IMG/VR virus record: IMGVR_UViG_3300010430_000024
Span: 9,647-73,646 of that record
Reading direction: 5' to 3' (one strand)
Source of the DNA: a virus
Length of the DNA stretch: 64,000 nucleotides
Shown: in pieces, positions 19,579 to 27,206 of the stretch
Position numbering within the stretch: the first letter of the stretch is position 1
How the letters are laid out: each line of letters begins with the position of its first letter
The notes under the pieces: model-generated
Database searches by the model: none
What the model was told of the DNA's origin: nothing
What the model saw: only the letters and a program-made list of their open reading frames with translations
Position numbers and translations under genes: made by a program

Positions 19579-19821
19579 TTATTCCATCACCCTCATTCCA
19601 ACTACTTCTCGTGTCTCCATCATGGACTTAGCTAATGCCTTCGCATAGCGGTCGCTGATATCACCGTACAGACCCTCATCGATCTCTTCCTCGGTGATTG
19701 TGTACGCCAGCTTCACGCTTTTACGACCGAACTCTGGGAACTTCGGTGCCAGCTTTGATGCCATGGCGACCGTGGCAACACCTGCCACCAGTCCCTGCAT
19801 AAATTTGCGTCTACTTAGCAT
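19579..19821 (-). CDS. Tat-signal peptide fused to a major-capsid-like fragment
   Basis: MLSRRKFMQG...AMA signal; 20/38 ungapped identities to the phage's own capsid segment LAFSLTEE...TKEVKG. Confidence 0.75.
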   Translation of the reverse strand: MLSRRKFMQGLVAGVATVAMASKLAPKFPEFGRKSVKLAYTITEEEIDEGLYGDISDRYAKALAKSMMETREVVGMRVME

Positions 19822-20074
19822 ACGTCCAGTCTTCTGCCATCAGGTCACCCTGAGATGCCAGCCACGGCACAATGGTCCCTTGAGCGTTACGGATATCTAT
19901 GTGTGGCAGGTAATTGATCACAGTGCCCTCTGGGTAGATGCCAAGCAGTGGTGGTCTGTCCACCGTGAACGTACTGCCCGGCACAAGAAAGATGAACTGG
20001 TCTGCACCATTCCATCCCTCTCTGGTCATCCTGTTGCCTTCTTTGATCTCAAATAGTGCGTCTGAAAAATCCAT
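19811..20074 (-). CDS. tad2: DUF2829 / Tad2-family anti-defence sponge
   Basis: MDFSDAL..IKEG....REGWNG...PWLASQGDLMAEDW signature. Confidence 0.8.
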   Translation of the reverse strand: MDFSDALFEIKEGNRMTREGWNGADQFIFLVPGSTFTVDRPPLLGIYPEGTVINYLPHIDIRNAQGTIVPWLASQGDLMAEDWTYAK

Positions 20075-20238
20075 CATCTTTCTCCACTTTGGTAGCTCTA
20101 TCAATTACTGCAATCGTCTCTGCTGATATACCACGCATCCTAACGAACTGTGACATCTCCTTGAGTGCTTCGGCCTGTTCCCTAACCAAAGGACGTGAGG
20201 CTTTCACCTCATTGCGTAGCTCTCGCTCGCTCATCTTG

Positions 20239-20625
20239 TCAGGGTTCTTCATGCGCCTCTCTCCTTGCCTCAATCATTGGTCCGATGTTGCCCTTGCCGA
20301 CGACTTCCGTGTACCGCATAGTCCTCCCCGAAGCGTGATCAAGCACTTCGTTGCGCTCTGCGTGGTACGTTCGCACTCTTCCTGCATCCTTACGACGCGC
20401 ATTAGGTCTCTCGTAGTGGGAGAGTAATCGAGCAGCCAGATGATTGAACGCAGTTCTCTGATTTGTGACACGGCTTTTGCTGGCTGTTCCAATAGCTGTG
20501 ATACCAGTGTCACGATGCGTGATTCGGCAGCAGTTTTCGTGTTTATTTCTGTGTTGTCCACCGCTTCCCTCCCCGGAGTACCACTCCAGTTTGAAATCTT
20601 TTTTTGTGAGGTGTAGCTCATCCAT
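20239..20625 (-). CDS. Truncated class-I release factor-like peptidyl-tRNA hydrolase (GGQ)
   Basis: SGEGSGGQHRNK..CCRITH..TGI...SRVTNQ..A and RTYH..RNEVLDH; lacks stop-codon recognition domain. Confidence 0.85.
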   Translation of the reverse strand: MDELHLTKKDFKLEWYSGEGSGGQHRNKHENCCRITHRDTGITAIGTASKSRVTNQRTAFNHLAARLLSHYERPNARRKDAGRVRTYHAERNEVLDHASGRTMRYTEVVGKGNIGPMIEARREAHEEP

Positions 20626-21032
20626 TAGTCAATCGTCACACTCAGGTCATCAATGCCTGCTGGTGCTGCCAGCAGGGTGCCAGTTACCACAGCATCGACT
20701 GAGCGCCTGTCTGCTGTGTCCACAACTGTAGCCTTGAACGCATAGGTGCCTGCGGTTAGGTTGTCCACCACGAACGTCTGAGGGACATCTGAGGCAACTA
20801 CGACAACAGGGCTATAGTTCGCCCCACCATCAGCACTCATGCTGATCTCAGTTCCCATGATCTCGCTCACGTCCAATGCTACGCCGTCTTCGCGAGTCGT
20901 TGGTAGTGTCCAGTTCAGTGTCGCTCTTCCCATCTCAATCTCCAGTGTCATGTTACTGACAGGCATCGGCCTGTCGTTGATAAGTCCCAGCAGCCTCAAT
21001 AGCCACCGAACAAGTTTTAGCCACCAGCTCAT
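20625..21032 (-). CDS. Fibronectin type III-like protein
   Basis: ATLNWTLP...NLTAGTYAFKATVVD pattern. Confidence 0.6.
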   Translation of the reverse strand: MSWWLKLVRWLLRLLGLINDRPMPVSNMTLEIEMGRATLNWTLPTTREDGVALDVSEIMGTEISMSADGGANYSPVVVVASDVPQTFVVDNLTAGTYAFKATVVDTADRRSVDAVVTGTLLAAPAGIDDLSVTID

Positions 21033-21583
21033 GCGCAGTCAGCGACTACCAGTGGCTTGGGTATTACTCCCGATGACCAGCTCACACTGGTTGTCGGAAC
21101 TGCATATTTTCCATTTACATTCTGGTTGACGATGCACTCAACATCAGCACTGACCGTGCCTACTGGCAGCAACCAAAATCCATTCGCAATCGATACAGGC
21201 TGGTACACCATCGCACCCATTGCTGCGGTGAACGTGGTGACCGTTTTCTCTGCCTTGCCTGAAACTCGCGACTCTTCGCCGTCTGTCGTGTACGACGTTG
21301 CCACGTACTGGTAATCACCGGGGAGTTTTCCATTTAAGGTCACTGTCGTGGTCGCTGGATCGTCAATTTCAGCCACTAACTGCCATATTCGGGTGCCAGC
21401 CAGAGTGGTCAGCGGTCCAGCATCAGTGCATTGTTCCTGCCCTGTTGGGTTGGTCCAGTCCAGTATCACGTCATCAGCAAGTGCTTCCTTGACGCAGTAC
21501 GCAAAATACAACACCACTCCCACGGCAATCAGGGTTGGAAACCATAGGCTGTCGAAGAACTTTTTCATGAGCTGCACTGGCAC
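21029..21583 (-). CDS. Secreted/membrane FN3-like protein
   Basis: N-terminal hydrophobic signal ending ALA; LDWTNP...PGDYQYVATSY...ES. Confidence 0.55.
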   Translation of the reverse strand: MPVQLMKKFFDSLWFPTLIAVGVVLYFAYCVKEALADDVILDWTNPTGQEQCTDAGPLTTLAGTRIWQLVAEIDDPATTTVTLNGKLPGDYQYVATSYTTDGEESRVSGKAEKTVTTFTAAMGAMVYQPVSIANGFWLLPVGTVSADVECIVNQNVNGKYAVPTTSVSWSSGVIPKPLVVADCA

Positions 21584-21774
21584 TCATCAATCCTCAGATC
21601 GAGGAACACTGCATCCCATGTGGTCACTGGTGTATCGCAGAACTTGTTGTAGCTGGCTGCTTCGTTGTGTGCCATGAACCACACCATCAACACCAAGAAT
21701 GAAATCATGCCAGCAAACATCAGCGGCACCAGTATTCTGTCATCACTTAGTCTCATTTCGGCACCTCCAAGCAC
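21565..21774 (-). CDS. Small membrane protein
   Basis: One TM helix. Confidence 0.45.
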   Translation of the reverse strand: MLGGAEMRLSDDRILVPLMFAGMISFLVLMVWFMAHNEAASYNKFCDTPVTTWDAVFLDLRIDECQCSS

Positions 21775-21989
21775 TGAGCCACAAGCGCATACTTGTAGGT
21801 CTGTTTCGCCTTCGGGTTTGCTTCAGTCAGGCTCTCTGCTGCTGCCTGACAATCCTCCATCGTCTTGAAGCCCTCGATCCTCTGTGGATCGGTTACGCCG
21901 TTGTTCACCATCACCCAGAACAGCAGTATTACTTTCATCCTCTTCCCCTGTTGACAACAGACAGCACTCCGCTTCGTCACATGCGTCAC
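21753..21989 (-). CDS. Small hypothetical protein (true start probably MKVILLF)
   Basis: F.TMEDCQAAA...C motif common in small phage proteins. Confidence 0.45.
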   Translation of the reverse strand: MTHVTKRSAVCCQQGKRMKVILLFWVMVNNGVTDPQRIEGFKTMEDCQAAAESLTEANPKAKQTYKYALVAQCLEVPK

Positions 21990-22019
21990 TACACGGAATG
22001 CTACCCGTTGCGTAACACA

Positions 22020-22730
22020 TTAGCTGTGATCAGCCTCTGTGGTGTCGCTGTTTAGGACCACCGAGGATGCAGACTTCAGAGTTTCTTCTGGGTCTACACT
22101 GTCAGGGTCCAGTCCAGCATCGTGGTAGAACGACTGTGTTGCTCCTGCTGCCCCACCAACGGACGTATTGCAAGCGTACGTCGATGTTGCCTGTGCAAGA
22201 TTCATCATAGCCGCGCCTCTCAAATTACTTGAGAAGTTCGCCACGTTGCCAATGCCAAAGTCATAGCCAGCGTTCCACGCTTGTTCACCTTCACCGAGGT
22301 ATACAAACGTCCAGCCTCTCTTCTTCTCCAGCCTTTTGACCATGTTCTTGATGCGTTCCTGATTGTATTGACTCGAAGCGTTCTCGTAGCCATCAGTGTG
22401 AACAACGAACAGGACCTTAGCTTCTTTCGGAAGACGCTCTTTTGTCTTCTTGATCAGCATACCCATTGCGTCGTAAAGCGGAGTACCACCACAAGGCTGG
22501 TACTGATCCATCGTCAGCGCGTAGCACTCTTTCACCTTACGGTTTTTGAATACCTTGCGAAGATATGGAATACCCGGACGTGCATCAAATTTGTAGAGCG
22601 AGATAAAGCATCGCTTCGTCTCTTTCTTCAGGTTTGAAACATAGTCGTTGAAGGAGTCAATCACAGATTTGCGATGACACCCCATGGAACCGCTTTCATC
22701 AAGCAGCATTACTACATGCGTTTTTTGCAT
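22020..22730 (-). CDS. Stand-alone von Willebrand factor A domain protein
   Basis: MIDAS LLDESGSM, GGTPLYDAM, VHTDGYENAS. Confidence 0.85.
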   Translation of the reverse strand: MQKTHVVMLLDESGSMGCHRKSVIDSFNDYVSNLKKETKRCFISLYKFDARPGIPYLRKVFKNRKVKECYALTMDQYQPCGGTPLYDAMGMLIKKTKERLPKEAKVLFVVHTDGYENASSQYNQERIKNMVKRLEKKRGWTFVYLGEGEQAWNAGYDFGIGNVANFSSNLRGAAMMNLAQATSTYACNTSVGGAAGATQSFYHDAGLDPDSVDPEETLKSASSVVLNSDTTEADHS

Positions 22731-23061
22731 GGTCATCTCCAGACAGAGACAGCTTGAACGCTGCCTCAATAGTTGGCAGAGAAGTTATGGCCTCTGCCGT
22801 GCCATATCTCTTGACCATCCTACAGACCTCACTGAAGTCCGACATCCGCGTGAATCTGTCGTGACTACAACACGACTGCCAGTCTCTTCCCCTGCAAATC
22901 TGGTACGCCAGTTGCGACCGTCTTGCAGCAGCACGCACGACCGTTTTCCGGTGGTGCTGAAGATTCCATTTCGCCATGCCATGGAGCTTGCTTTCTTCCT
23001 TTCGGATGGTCCTCGCCTCATCAGCGAGGTTCTTGATTTTGATCTTGAGTTCAATGCTCAT
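22699..23061 (-). CDS. Conserved phage hypothetical protein
   Basis: LKIKIKNLADEARTIRKEE...HR..VVR..AR..QLAY motif. Confidence 0.6.
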   Translation of the reverse strand: MSIELKIKIKNLADEARTIRKEESKLHGMAKWNLQHHRKTVVRAAARRSQLAYQICRGRDWQSCCSHDRFTRMSDFSEVCRMVKRYGTAEAITSLPTIEAAFKLSLSGDDHAKNACSNAA

Positions 23062-23285
23062 TTTAATGTCCCTTGATAGATTAAAGTTTTTAGCGTTTTT
23101 CTTTAATCTGGGACGGGCGGCGCTCTACATTCAGTTCATCTCTGTATCCTCAGTTGTAAGTACCGCCGATAAGGGGTGCACTACCACCCCTCATCGACTT
23201 GAGGGCATCATCACCCCCTTACGGACATTCTATTTTTTTCTCGGAGCTGAATGTCTAAGGCGCTCCACTTCGGTGTACACGGATT

Positions 23286-23360
23286 TGGACCCGCTGCCGG
23301 GAGTCGAACCCGGTCTCTCCGCTTTGAAAGGCGTTGACACTCCACAGTGCCTTCAGCGAG
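23286..23360 (-). tRNA. Atypical tRNA-like gene (8-nt anticodon loop; UUC or UCA)
   Basis: Acceptor CUCGCUG/CAGCGGG, U73, CCA; T arm CCGGG-UUCGACU-CCCGG; D stem GGCAC/GUGUC; anticodon arm CGC-CUUUCAAA-GCG. Confidence 0.6.
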
Positions 23361-23412
23361 TTAATGTACTTTGTACTTTACCACATAGTGTGAACTAATT
23401 CACACTATCTGA

Positions 23413-23724
23413 TCATTGTCCTGCCATGATCCTGAGTATCTCTTTGGTGTCCTCTTCGACAAGTTCAACCTGCTCACTGACACGTCCGATCTCAGTCCTC
23501 GCTCCAGTGATTGCGTTCGTGTTCGTTTGGATTGCGCCAGTCATCTGCACGATGGCTGGTTGCTCCAGTGTCTGTGTCTTGATGGCTTTGGATATCTTCG
23601 CATCCAACCATAGCTCGCTGTAGCCAAACATCAGCCCAACAACCACACCATAAATAGGCCAACCCTTGATCATCATCTTGATGATCTCAGCCAGCCTGTC
23701 TACTGCTTGATCTTCGTTGCTCAT
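23413..23724 (-). CDS. Membrane protein with coiled coil
   Basis: One TM segment then heptad-like region. Confidence 0.5.
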   Translation of the reverse strand: MSNEDQAVDRLAEIIKMMIKGWPIYGVVVGLMFGYSELWLDAKISKAIKTQTLEQPAIVQMTGAIQTNTNAITGARTEIGRVSEQVELVEEDTKEILRIMAGQ

Positions 23725-24656
23725 TCATCAGGTTCCTTGTCTTCCCCTTTGTTATAACGAGCATCGAGACGGCGCTTAAATTGTGCGCGGATATCGGATT
23801 GCTTTTTCTCTTCAGCTTCCTGCGCGGCCCGAAGAGCTGCCGCTTCCTGCTTTAGTCGATCAATGTCTTCATCGTCAGTCTCGTGCTTTGCTATCTCCAG
23901 CTTCAGCTCTTCAATTAAGCTCTGCTGTTGGGAGTGACGATACTCACCAAGCTCGACAGCTTCCTCAAACTCTTCTTTCTGCACTGCTTGTGCCATTAGG
24001 TCACTGTACTCAGCCTCATCTATCTGGATCATCCCAGTAGGCACTGGTGCTGGTTGGATGGGTTCGGGTTCAGGGGCGATGGTCGGCATCTCTATGCGCC
24101 GACTCCCACCAAACTCAAACCCAAAGCTACCTCGTACTGCTGTCTCGTCACCAGCTCTACCGACTGATAGTGTCAGTGCAGAGTTGCGTTCGTTATCGAA
24201 CATGTACGCATAGCCAACACCAACACCTGTCGTGTTGTTGATTTTTGCCCCACTAAAGGTAATGCGCTGAGTCTGGTCCTGCGGCAAAAATACCTGCATG
24301 GCTGTCTGTGCTGCTAACGCATCACGTGCTGACTGAATCCATTTATTGTGGATGTTGAATGTGTTGTTGGTGTTAGTGATCCACTCTGTTGGAACCACAC
24401 CATCCTTGCCGTCAATGCCGTCGCGTCCGTCTTTACCATCAATGCCATCAATACCGTCAATGCCGTCGCGTCCGTCCTGCCCATCAGCACCATCAGCACC
24501 ATCAGCGCCATCCTCGCCTTCATAGCCGCAACCATGCTCCAAGAATCGTGGGTGGTCACACTCTTCCCAGTCTGTTGCGTACGCTGCTGACGTGGTAAAC
24601 ATAAACCACGCAACCAACATCAACGCGCCGAGACTAAGCCCCGTCGTCGTCTTCAT
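23721..24656 (-). CDS. YadA-anchor trimeric autotransporter-like protein with collagen-like repeats and C-terminal extension
   Basis: Signal peptide; (G.DG.D)n repeats; ALAAQTAM..LPQ...GVGVGYAY...VRGSFGFEF anchor; start uncertain. Confidence 0.7.
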   Translation of the reverse strand: MKTTTGLSLGALMLVAWFMFTTSAAYATDWEECDHPRFLEHGCGYEGEDGADGADGADGQDGRDGIDGIDGIDGKDGRDGIDGKDGVVPTEWITNTNNTFNIHNKWIQSARDALAAQTAMQVFLPQDQTQRITFSGAKINNTTGVGVGYAYMFDNERNSALTLSVGRAGDETAVRGSFGFEFGGSRRIEMPTIAPEPEPIQPAPVPTGMIQIDEAEYSDLMAQAVQKEEFEEAVELGEYRHSQQQSLIEELKLEIAKHETDDEDIDRLKQEAAALRAAQEAEEKKQSDIRAQFKRRLDARYNKGEDKEPDE

Positions 24657-24773
24657 CAATCCCGTCATCATCAAAGTCCTCGTCGTATTGATAGCACTGT
24701 GCAGTCGCCAGCACCTCAATAAGTTTCTCCAACGCTGGGCTTACCTCCAGCTTTATCGTTATCGTCACATCGC

Positions 24774-25010
24774 TCATACGAGACGTTCCTGAACGCCTTC
24801 ATACTGAAGGTGGTTGTCCACCTTCTCGCGACTCACGAACTCGTGCTTCCACAGTTTCCTCAGCGCCTTCTGGGCTGAGCTGTAGCTCGTCCGATACCTT
24901 GTCGTCGCTCCCCGTATGGTCAACTTCATACCGGGCGTTAAGTCCTGAATAATCTGATCCTCTATCGCCATCAGTCCATCCTCCGATGCTTGATTCTGGC
25001 AGCTGCACAA
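24774..25010 (-). CDS. Small winged-HTH-like protein
   Basis: TSYSSAQKALRKL...VSRE pattern. Confidence 0.4.
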   Translation of the reverse strand: MCSCQNQASEDGLMAIEDQIIQDLTPGMKLTIRGATTRYRTSYSSAQKALRKLWKHEFVSREKVDNHLQYEGVQERLV

Positions 25011-25328
25011 AGCGGTAAAACTCCAGCAGTGGCAGGGTTATAAATTTGCGCTCGCCACTGGTTAGTTCAACCCTGACCCATAAAATCTGAGGGTTCGGCA
25101 CAGCGCCCTTTGGATATACCAAGTCGCAGGATGTCACCTGCTCAGCACCAAAGGCTTGGTGCCGACATAACTCGTCAAGTTTGATTGTGTACCCGGTCAA
25201 GGATGCCCACCAGTGAACGCTGTCATCAGCGCTGGAACAAATATCATGCCCAGTATCAACAATACTAAGCCAGCAATGAGCCACTTAAATCCTGTTCGCA
25301 TAGTTTTTCTCCTGATAAACCAGTGTAC

Positions 25329-25568
25329 TTAGTTTGGCACGACTATTCCAGATGGCTTGTCCTTGACCTGCTCCTTGAGTGCCGCTCTGGCTTCATCCTC
25401 GAACGTGCTTCGCAGGATCGTCAGGAACTTGTACACCGTGTACTGAGCCTCGGTCAGGTCTTCCACGTCCTCTGGTAAAAGCTCTCCCTCTGGTAACCCA
25501 AAGTCAGCGCCATACTCCAGAGCGTCCTGCCCCTCTACATCCTTCACCATCAAATAACATTCAGCCAC
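25329..25568 (-). CDS. Hypothetical protein
   Basis: 79 aa acidic ORF coupled to terS. Confidence 0.5.
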   Translation of the reverse strand: MAECYLMVKDVEGQDALEYGADFGLPEGELLPEDVEDLTEAQYTVYKFLTILRSTFEDEARAALKEQVKDKPSGIVVPN

Positions 25569-26178
25569 TCTTCACCTCTTTGTAGTTTCCTTCGATTGGT
25601 GTTGGTTCTGACATGACACCAATCACCGCTGTTCGTAATTTGTCCAGCTGGGCTGGTGAGGCATTCTTGAATGGATTCTGCTGGTTGCCCACCAACTTCA
25701 GCTTGTCATCGAAGATGCCGAAGTGTCTGCCCATGTTCTCCAGTGCCTTCGATTTGTCTGCCAGCACATACGTGTAGTGCTTGACCCAAATCTTCTGCGG
25801 CTTGCCGTCCTCAATGATTGTGATGTCGTGCAGGTTGTATGTGACCTTTTCCACGATGGCTCGCTGATCGACTGTCAGCTCATCTGGTGATTTATAGACG
25901 AACTCTCCGGGGCAATATTCATCTTCCTTCAGGAAGTCCACCCGGTCGGTGAATGCAATCTTCGAGAACTCGTTGATAACATCAGCGGCTGACTTCTCCA
26001 CTCTCTCATTGACTCTTGCCCTGAGCCGTTTGATCTCAGCGACAATCTCAGGATCATCCAGTAAACGATATGCACGCTGCGTAGCGTACTTCTCAGAAAA
26101 CCCTGCCGCCTTCGCCGCCTGAGTCACGTTGGGGTCTTTCGCATAGAACTGGCAGAACAATAGTCGTCTTGGTGTCAT
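25561..26178 (-). CDS. terS: Terminase small subunit
   Basis: TPRRLLFCQFY...NVTQAAKAAGFS...AYRLL..PEI HTH; DKSKALENMGRHFGIF. Confidence 0.9.
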   Translation of the reverse strand: MTPRRLLFCQFYAKDPNVTQAAKAAGFSEKYATQRAYRLLDDPEIVAEIKRLRARVNERVEKSAADVINEFSKIAFTDRVDFLKEDEYCPGEFVYKSPDELTVDQRAIVEKVTYNLHDITIIEDGKPQKIWVKHYTYVLADKSKALENMGRHFGIFDDKLKLVGNQQNPFKNASPAQLDKLRTAVIGVMSEPTPIEGNYKEVKSG

Positions 26179-26214
26179 GCCTATAGTGTACCTAACCCAT
26201 TGATAGAGATAAAG

Positions 26215-26228
26215 TTACCACTGAGTGT
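26215..26228. promoter_or_regulatory. Putative operator TTACCACTGAGTGT
   Basis: Identical 14-mer at 37081-37094; variants at 23378, 39570, 39594 (reverse), 42804. Confidence 0.55.
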
Positions 26229-26249
26229 GAAATAAATAACAGAAAGGGG

Positions 26250-26277
26250 TTGACATTCCTGTGGAAGTGGTTACAAT
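26250..26277 (+). promoter_or_regulatory. Sigma70-like promoter for tRNA-Tyr/early operon
   Basis: TTGACA-N16-TACAAT. Confidence 0.75.
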
Positions 26278-26286
26278 GCGCAGCAT

Positions 26287-26370
26287 GGAAGCGTTGAGCA
26301 ACTGGTCGCTCAGCAGACTGTAAATCTGTGCCCTCTGGGATTGTAGGTTCGAACCCTACCGCTTCCACCA
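26287..26370 (+). tRNA. tRNA-Tyr (GTA)
   Basis: GGAAGCG/CGCTTCC acceptor, A73, CCA; anticodon loop CTGTAAA; long variable arm; GGTTCGAACCC T arm. Confidence 0.92.
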
Positions 26371-26381
26371 AACATAGAGAC

Positions 26382-26478
26382 AGTTGGTCTCGCCGGGTGT
26401 ACTCCTACCTACTCATAAAAGGAGCCGGGAAGTCTGGGTCAGCCAGAACGTACCTCCGCGATAGAGGCGAGACCGATT
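26382..26478 (+). ncRNA. Candidate structured ncRNA A
   Basis: 13-bp closing stem AGTTGGTCTCGCC/GGCGAGACCGATT with internal hairpins CTCCT/AGGAG and TCTGG/CCAGA. Confidence 0.45.
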
Positions 26479-26484
26479 TTATTT

Positions 26485-26560
26485 TGGGGAGATGTTACTA
26501 CGTTAGCATCCTCGCGATGGGCGCGGCTCTTGATGCCTCAGCCAAACGAACGTCTCCCCA
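26485..26560 (+). ncRNA. Candidate structured ncRNA B
   Basis: 12-bp closing stem TGGGGAGATGTT/AACGTCTCCCCA, inner GCATC/GATGC, followed by T-run. Confidence 0.45.
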
Positions 26561-26606
26561 CTTTTTATATGCCAGCGTTGCGCTGGTTGCTTAACAGGAG
26601 AATGTC

Positions 26607-27206
26607 ATGTTGACAGAAGACGACAGGAATAACATAAGGGTTCGCTTTACGAACCGATTCAGGGATAAATCCTTTGAGGGTGACCTTCAAGCGGATGTGA
26701 ACGAAACAGCAGAACTCATTCAGCTGGATCGACGCATCAAGAACCTTGAGGCTGACCTGTGGGATGCCCAGCAAGAGAAACACATCGTTAGGCGAGCACA
26801 CTCTACCGTAATCAATGAAGAGCGTGTCCGAGTTGCCAAAGCTAATCTTGGTGTTCGCGTTTTCACTGAATCTTTGATTAACGAAGTTCATGCGCGTGCC
26901 CAGCAAGTGAAGAAGCTGCGCGGCGAGGACTTGGGCTGGAGAAGCAGGCACGGTGGTCAGTACCCCACCATTCGTCAGTTCGTAAAAAGCGGTACGTATG
27001 GTAACGGCTACCACAATGATCGTGACTTTCACCCCTTGTTTGTAGAGACCCAATTGCTGGGCGCTGCCCTCGGAGTAATCAGCCAGAGCACCGCAAAGAA
27101 AGATGCCGATCTGTACGATAGGGTTTACACGCACTACACAAAGGTTCGTGCAGAACACATCGACATTGGTCAGCCTGTAGACCGTAAGGAGAATGACAAT
27201 GCCTAG
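26607..27206 (+). CDS. Early hypothetical protein
   Basis: AGGAG SD; 199 aa. Confidence 0.6.
   Translation: MLTEDDRNNIRVRFTNRFRDKSFEGDLQADVNETAELIQLDRRIKNLEADLWDAQQEKHIVRRAHSTVINEERVRVAKANLGVRVFTESLINEVHARAQQVKKLRGEDLGWRSRHGGQYPTIRQFVKSGTYGNGYHNDRDFHPLFVETQLLGAALGVISQSTAKKDADLYDRVYTHYTKVRAEHIDIGQPVDRKENDNA

Noticed and set aside
23286-23360. Genome-wide TGA recoding or selenocysteine tRNA
   Set aside because: Long genes are intact in the standard code and many end in TGA with coupled overlaps; there is no long variable arm or Sec machinery.
24400-24520. 9-bp tandem repeats as a non-coding array or DGR
   Set aside because: They encode collagen-like G-X-D repeats of the YadA-like protein; no reverse transcriptase seen.
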